In this document: positions 41,598-45,227 of the stretch, in pieces
How positions within the stretch are numbered: the stretch's first letter is position 1
Layout: every line of letters starts with the position of its first letter
NCBI GenBank assembly: GCA_036405075.1
Contig: DASWYG010000316.1
Coordinates: 1-45,227 of the forward strand
Direction of reading: 5' to 3'
Source: Bacteroidia bacterium
GTDB lineage: Bacteria; Bacteroidota; Bacteroidia; NS11-12g; UBA955
Length of the DNA: 45,227 nt
Made by a program: the position numbers and the translations under genes
The notes under the pieces: generated by a model
The model's input: only the letters and a program-made list of their open reading frames with translations
What the model was told of the DNA's origin: nothing
Database searches by the model: none

Positions 41598-42341
41598 ATG
41601 TTAAAGGGAAAAACCGCATTAATCACAGGAGCCAGCAGAGGAATTGGCAAAGGAATCGCAGAAAAATTTGCTAGTAATGGTGCCAATATTGCATTCACAT
41701 TTGCAAGTTCAGTAGAAAAAGCCAGGGCTTTTGAGAAAGAACTTAGTGAAAAATATGGTGTTAAAGCCATAGGTTATCAAAGCGACGCTTCTGATTTCAA
41801 TGCAGCAACGGCTTTGGCAGATCAGGTAGTGGCAGATTTTGGCAACATTGACATTTTGATCAACAATGCCGGTATCACCCGCGATACATTGTTGATGAGA
41901 ATGAGTGAAGAACAATGGGATGATGTCATAAACACCAATCTGAAATCAACTTTTAATCTAACCAAAGCCTGTTTAAAGACTTTTCTGAAAAACAGAGCAG
42001 GTAGCATCATCAATATGTCTTCTGTTATCGGTGTAACAGGAAATGCCGGTCAAGCGAACTACGCAGCCAGTAAAGCAGGTATGATAGGTTTCACCAAATC
42101 TGTAGCAAAGGAATTGGGTAGCAGAAATGTAAGATGCAACGCCATTGCACCTGGATTCATCGAAACTGAGATGACCTCAGGATTGGATGAGGCCGTTAGA
42201 AAAACCTGGGTTGAAGGTATTCCTTTAAAAAGAGGCGGAAGCACTGATGATGTAGCAAATTGCTGTTTGTTCCTGGCTAGTGACATGAGTGCCTATATCA
42301 CCGGGCAAACCATCAATGTTTGCGGTGGAATGGTCATGTAA
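41598..42341 (+). CDS. fabG: 3-oxoacyl-[acyl-carrier-protein] reductase
   Basis: LITGASRGIGKGIA, NNAGITRD, and the SSV...YAASKAG catalytic triad region. Ends GQTINVCGGMVM. Confidence 0.9.
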   Translation: MLKGKTALITGASRGIGKGIAEKFASNGANIAFTFASSVEKARAFEKELSEKYGVKAIGYQSDASDFNAATALADQVVADFGNIDILINNAGITRDTLLMRMSEEQWDDVINTNLKSTFNLTKACLKTFLKNRAGSIINMSSVIGVTGNAGQANYAASKAGMIGFTKSVAKELGSRNVRCNAIAPGFIETEMTSGLDEAVRKTWVEGIPLKRGGSTDDVANCCLFLASDMSAYITGQTINVCGGMVM

Positions 42342-42354
42342 TTGAGAGAACGAA

Positions 42355-43194
42355 TTGGCATTAGATCAAGATCATATTGAGGAAATAAAGGAAGACAAAG
42401 AAATGTCTTTCTTCGACCACATCGATGAGTTAAGAAAACACCTCATTCGAAGTGCTTTTTTTATTGTCGGATTTACAATACTGGCACTGGTCTATATGGA
42501 TTATGTTTTCCATCACATCATATTGGGGCCACTGAGAAGCGATTTCATTACCTACAGGTTATTGTGCGATTTTGCCAAGAAATTTAATTTGGGTGATTCA
42601 TTCTGTATCAATGATCTTAATTATACATTGCAAAACACAGAAATGGCCGGTCAATTTACCCTCACTTTCAAATTGGCTTTCATCGTAGGAATCATCATGG
42701 CAATGCCGGTCGTTTTATTTCAATTGTGGTTGTTCATCAAACCGGCATTGAGTAAAAAGGAAATCAAAAATACAAGAGGATTTGTCTTCTATACTTCGGC
42801 ACTGTTTCTTGCCGGTATATTTTTTGGATACTTCGTACTTAGTCCTATTTCCGTCAATTTCCTAGGTAACTATACATTGAGTCCATTGATCAAAAATGAG
42901 ATCAACATCGATAATGTACTTTCATTTTTATCGTTAATTGTATTGGGTACCGGACTCATTTTTGAATTGCCTGTCTTGATGTATTTTCTTGCCAGAATCG
43001 GACTTATATCCTCTGCATTTCTGATTAAGTATCGCAAACACGCTATATTGGTCATATTGATCATAGCAGCAATAGCAACACCTCCGGATGTTATCAGTCA
43101 GGTAATATTGACCATCCCATTGTATACTTTATTTGAAGTGGGAATCATCATCATAAAAAACGTAGAAAAAAACAAATTAAAAACCAATGAATAA
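42355..43194 (+). CDS. tatC: Twin-arginine translocase subunit TatC
   Basis: MSFFDHIDELRKHLIRS, six hydrophobic segments, FELPVLMYFLARIGL, and TPPDVISQ. The start is either TTG 42355 or ATG 42403. Confidence 0.88.
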   Translation: MALDQDHIEEIKEDKEMSFFDHIDELRKHLIRSAFFIVGFTILALVYMDYVFHHIILGPLRSDFITYRLLCDFAKKFNLGDSFCINDLNYTLQNTEMAGQFTLTFKLAFIVGIIMAMPVVLFQLWLFIKPALSKKEIKNTRGFVFYTSALFLAGIFFGYFVLSPISVNFLGNYTLSPLIKNEINIDNVLSFLSLIVLGTGLIFELPVLMYFLARIGLISSAFLIKYRKHAILVILIIAAIATPPDVISQVILTIPLYTLFEVGIIIIKNVEKNKLKTNE

Positions 43195-43627
43195 TTCAAT
43201 TAAAATTCAGATCGGCTCAGACCATGCAGGTTTCGAGTTAAAAGCCAAAGTGATTGCATTCCTTGAAAGCTCCGGCTATCAGGTTCAAGATTTTGGTACC
43301 TATTCGTTGGATTCTATGGATTATCCGGATGTGGCACATCCGGTGGCATTGGCTGTGCTCAATGATGAAAACAGTTTGGGTATATTGATCTGCGGCAGTG
43401 GCAATGGAGTTTGCCTTACCGCCAATAAACACAATGGCATCAGAGCAGCACTTTGTTGGTTGCCTGAATTGGGTGCTTTGGCCAGACAGCACAACAATGC
43501 CAATGTACTGTGTTTACCTGCCAGATTCATCAGTGAGGATACCGCTTTAGAAATTGTTAAAGCTTATTTGTCAGCAGAATTTGAAGGTGGTCGCCATCAA
43601 AAGCGAGTCGATAAGATCGATTGCTGA
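43187..43627 (+). CDS. rpiB: Ribose-5-phosphate isomerase B
   Basis: IGSDHAGFELK, ILICGSGNGV, NVLCLPARF. 146 aa. Confidence 0.9.
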   Translation: MNNSIKIQIGSDHAGFELKAKVIAFLESSGYQVQDFGTYSLDSMDYPDVAHPVALAVLNDENSLGILICGSGNGVCLTANKHNGIRAALCWLPELGALARQHNNANVLCLPARFISEDTALEIVKAYLSAEFEGGRHQKRVDKIDC

Positions 43628-44359
43628 TCAATAGAAATTTCTTTTATCAAATTTTCTCCAGTACCAAACCAGGATAAAACCTGTAATACCGCCACCTATA
43701 TGAGCGAAGTGAGCTATACTGTCCCATCCAAAATTACCTATACCTAAGAAGAGATCGAGTCCCAGAATAATAGGAATGAGGTATTTTGCCCTGATTGGAT
43801 ATGGAATGAACATCAGCGTTAATTGAGAATTCGGGAAGTAAAAAGCAAATGCCGAAGCCAAGCCATACAAGGCACCACTGGCTCCAAGAACAGTTGATTG
43901 AAATACCTCCATAATGGAATTAATATCCGCCTTTGAATAAGTTGGGGGATAATAAATCAAATCGTTTTCTATCTTTATGCTTAGGTCGGCTAAACTAGGG
44001 AAGAATTGTCCTGTAATTTTGAACATTTCAATGGCATGCATGGCCACATCTAAGGCCAAAGCACCAAAGCCTGAAATGAAATACAGAATAAGAAATTTCT
44101 TGGTGCCCATAAAGTTTTCCAATATAGAGCCAATGAAGAACAAACTGAGCATATTGGAAATGATGTGGATCTCATTTGCATGCATGAACATGCTGGTGAT
44201 AGGTTGCCACAAACGAAAATCAGGACTTCTGAAATAATGTTCTCCAAGAAGATTCACCAGATCTATTTGCCCACTTTTATCCAATAGGAATTTTCCTATG
44301 AACAATACGATATTGGCTATGAGTATTTGTTTTACTGCTGGCGTTAGGTTTCTAAACAT
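43628..44359 (-). CDS. Rhomboid-family intramembrane serine protease
   Basis: WQPITSMFMHANEIHIISNM, GASGALYG (catalytic Ser), AHFAHIGGGITG (catalytic His). Multiple TM segments. Confidence 0.88.
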   Translation of the reverse strand: MFRNLTPAVKQILIANIVLFIGKFLLDKSGQIDLVNLLGEHYFRSPDFRLWQPITSMFMHANEIHIISNMLSLFFIGSILENFMGTKKFLILYFISGFGALALDVAMHAIEMFKITGQFFPSLADLSIKIENDLIYYPPTYSKADINSIMEVFQSTVLGASGALYGLASAFAFYFPNSQLTLMFIPYPIRAKYLIPIILGLDLFLGIGNFGWDSIAHFAHIGGGITGFILVWYWRKFDKRNFY

Positions 44360-44364
44360 GTGTT

Positions 44365-45227
44365 TTATTTAAATAAGTCGTTTAATTGTTGTGTACCCAT
44401 CTCGACATAAACTAAATTGCCGTTGGGTCTCACCGAGGGCTGATCACAGTTGAACAATTGCTCCAGCAGTTCTATGAGCTGCTCTTTTTCCAGTGATTTG
44501 GTTCTGAATATGGCTTCATTTTGCGCCAATGAAACCGCTAGATTTTTGCGTTTGTCATCGGCAAAATGTGAAGAGTTGTTTTTAAAATGCTCCAATAATC
44601 CTTCTAAAAGTTCTTTCTCGGTGCCTTTCATGGTTTCGGCCGGAACACCATTGATGATCAAACAATTTGAACCAAAATCTGCCACATCAAAACCCAATTC
44701 TTTCATTTCATCAATGATCTCATGAGCCAAAGCATAATCCTTACTCGATAACTCTAGTGTTCGGGGAAATAACAATTGCTGAATAGGTGCTGATCTGTTG
44801 GCAATGTTGTGCATGTGCTTTTCAAATAAAATACGTTCATGAGCAGCTCTTTGATCAACAATGATGAGTTTGTTGTCTTTATTGGCTGCAATAATGCCAT
44901 CTGTCAATTGGAAGGCATCAGATATTCTAACAGTATTGTGTTTAAAAAGCGTCTCTGGTACTTTGCTGCTTACCGACTCTGTTTCCTTGGTCTCCATGTA
45001 CTTGTTGTCGAACAAAGCATGCCATTGGGCATTTTGAGCCTGTTTAACCGATCTGTCTGCCTGAAAAGGATTGTAGCCTTTGTCGATATTGACTTTTGGA
45101 GGAGTAAAGCTCTCTGATTTGTCTTTTAGAAATGCAACCGGATTGAAGACATTTGGATCAGCGAAATCAATTTCAGGAATCACCACGTATTGTCCTAAGG
45201 CTTTTTTAACTGCCGATTTTACAAGTG
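44365..45227 (-). CDS. mutL: DNA mismatch repair protein MutL, C-terminal part (gene continues beyond right edge)
   Basis: MutL_C pattern QLTDGIIAANKDNKLIIVDQRAAHERILFE...QQLLFP...NGVP. The reading frame stays open upstream of the track's GTG (45186) to the window end (...LVKSAVKKALGQYVVIPE). Confidence 0.85.
   Translation of the reverse strand, partial: LVKSAVKKALGQYVVIPEIDFADPNVFNPVAFLKDKSESFTPPKVNIDKGYNPFQADRSVKQAQNAQWHALFDNKYMETKETESVSSKVPETLFKHNTVRISDAFQLTDGIIAANKDNKLIIVDQRAAHERILFEKHMHNIANRSAPIQQLLFPRTLELSSKDYALAHEIIDEMKELGFDVADFGSNCLIINGVPAETMKGTEKELLEGLLEHFKNNSSHFADDKRKNLAVSLAQNEAIFRTKSLEKEQLIELLEQLFNCDQPSVRPNGNLVYVEMGTQQLNDLFK

Noticed and set aside
1-45227. Search for tRNA, rRNA, CRISPR repeats, IS elements, integrases, toxin-antitoxin pairs and riboswitch-like leaders
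   Set aside because: None were seen: no T-loop/GTTCGA-type tRNA signatures, no regularly spaced direct repeats, and no transposase or recombinase motifs. Leaders are too short for known riboswitches. An Rfam/Infernal and ISfinder scan would be the decisive check.

Overview
The window is a densely packed, low-GC chromosomal segment that looks like Bacteroidota (Flavobacteriia/Cryomorphaceae-like). The taxon clues are one protein with a T9SS C-terminal sorting domain, recurrent TAnnTTTG '-7' promoter boxes 14-25 nt upstream of start codons, almost no Shine-Dalgarno sequences, a propeller/Y_Y_Y LytS-type kinase, and HmuY-like/TonB-dependent receptor genes. I call about 45 protein genes. I found no rRNA, tRNA, CRISPR array, transposase, integrase or obvious prophage. 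Content, left to right: pntA (partial); a three-gene envelope module (two paralogous Cys-rich lipoproteins around a membrane lipoprotein); ald; a cytochrome-b5-like protein; an OmpR-type two-component system followed by HmuY-like(T9SS)/TonB receptor/HmuY-like(lipoprotein); nrnA and two FKBP isomerases; rfbB-rfbA-wza-wzc and a PHP tyrosine phosphatase; a GT-C membrane glycosyltransferase; a UvrD-type helicase fused to a 4-Cys PD-(D/E)XK nuclease, tightly strung with an orphan 138-aa ORF, a GT2 and a CobB-like sirtuin; DUF4399-like protein; hsp20; purF; pabA; a zinc-ribbon protein; alkaline phosphatase; a LytTR/LytS-type two-component system; dnaK; a lipoprotein; a LamG-like coiled-coil protein coupled to a 119-aa HExxH protein and a GNAT; fabG; tatC; rpiB; a rhomboid protease; mutL (partial). 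Most of this is core housekeeping. I see no convincing canonical defence or mobile system. The parts most worth a second look are: the HmuY-like/T9SS/TBDR module with its b5-like and TCS neighbours; the helicase-nuclease string; the overlap-coupled LamG/HExxH/GNAT trio; the duplicated lipoprotein module; phased TGAC..GTCA repeats upstream of hsp20 (with CTGAC repeats upstream of dnaK); and an orphan plus-strand terminator between the sensor kinase and dnaK. All family assignments come from motif recognition by eye, not from searches.
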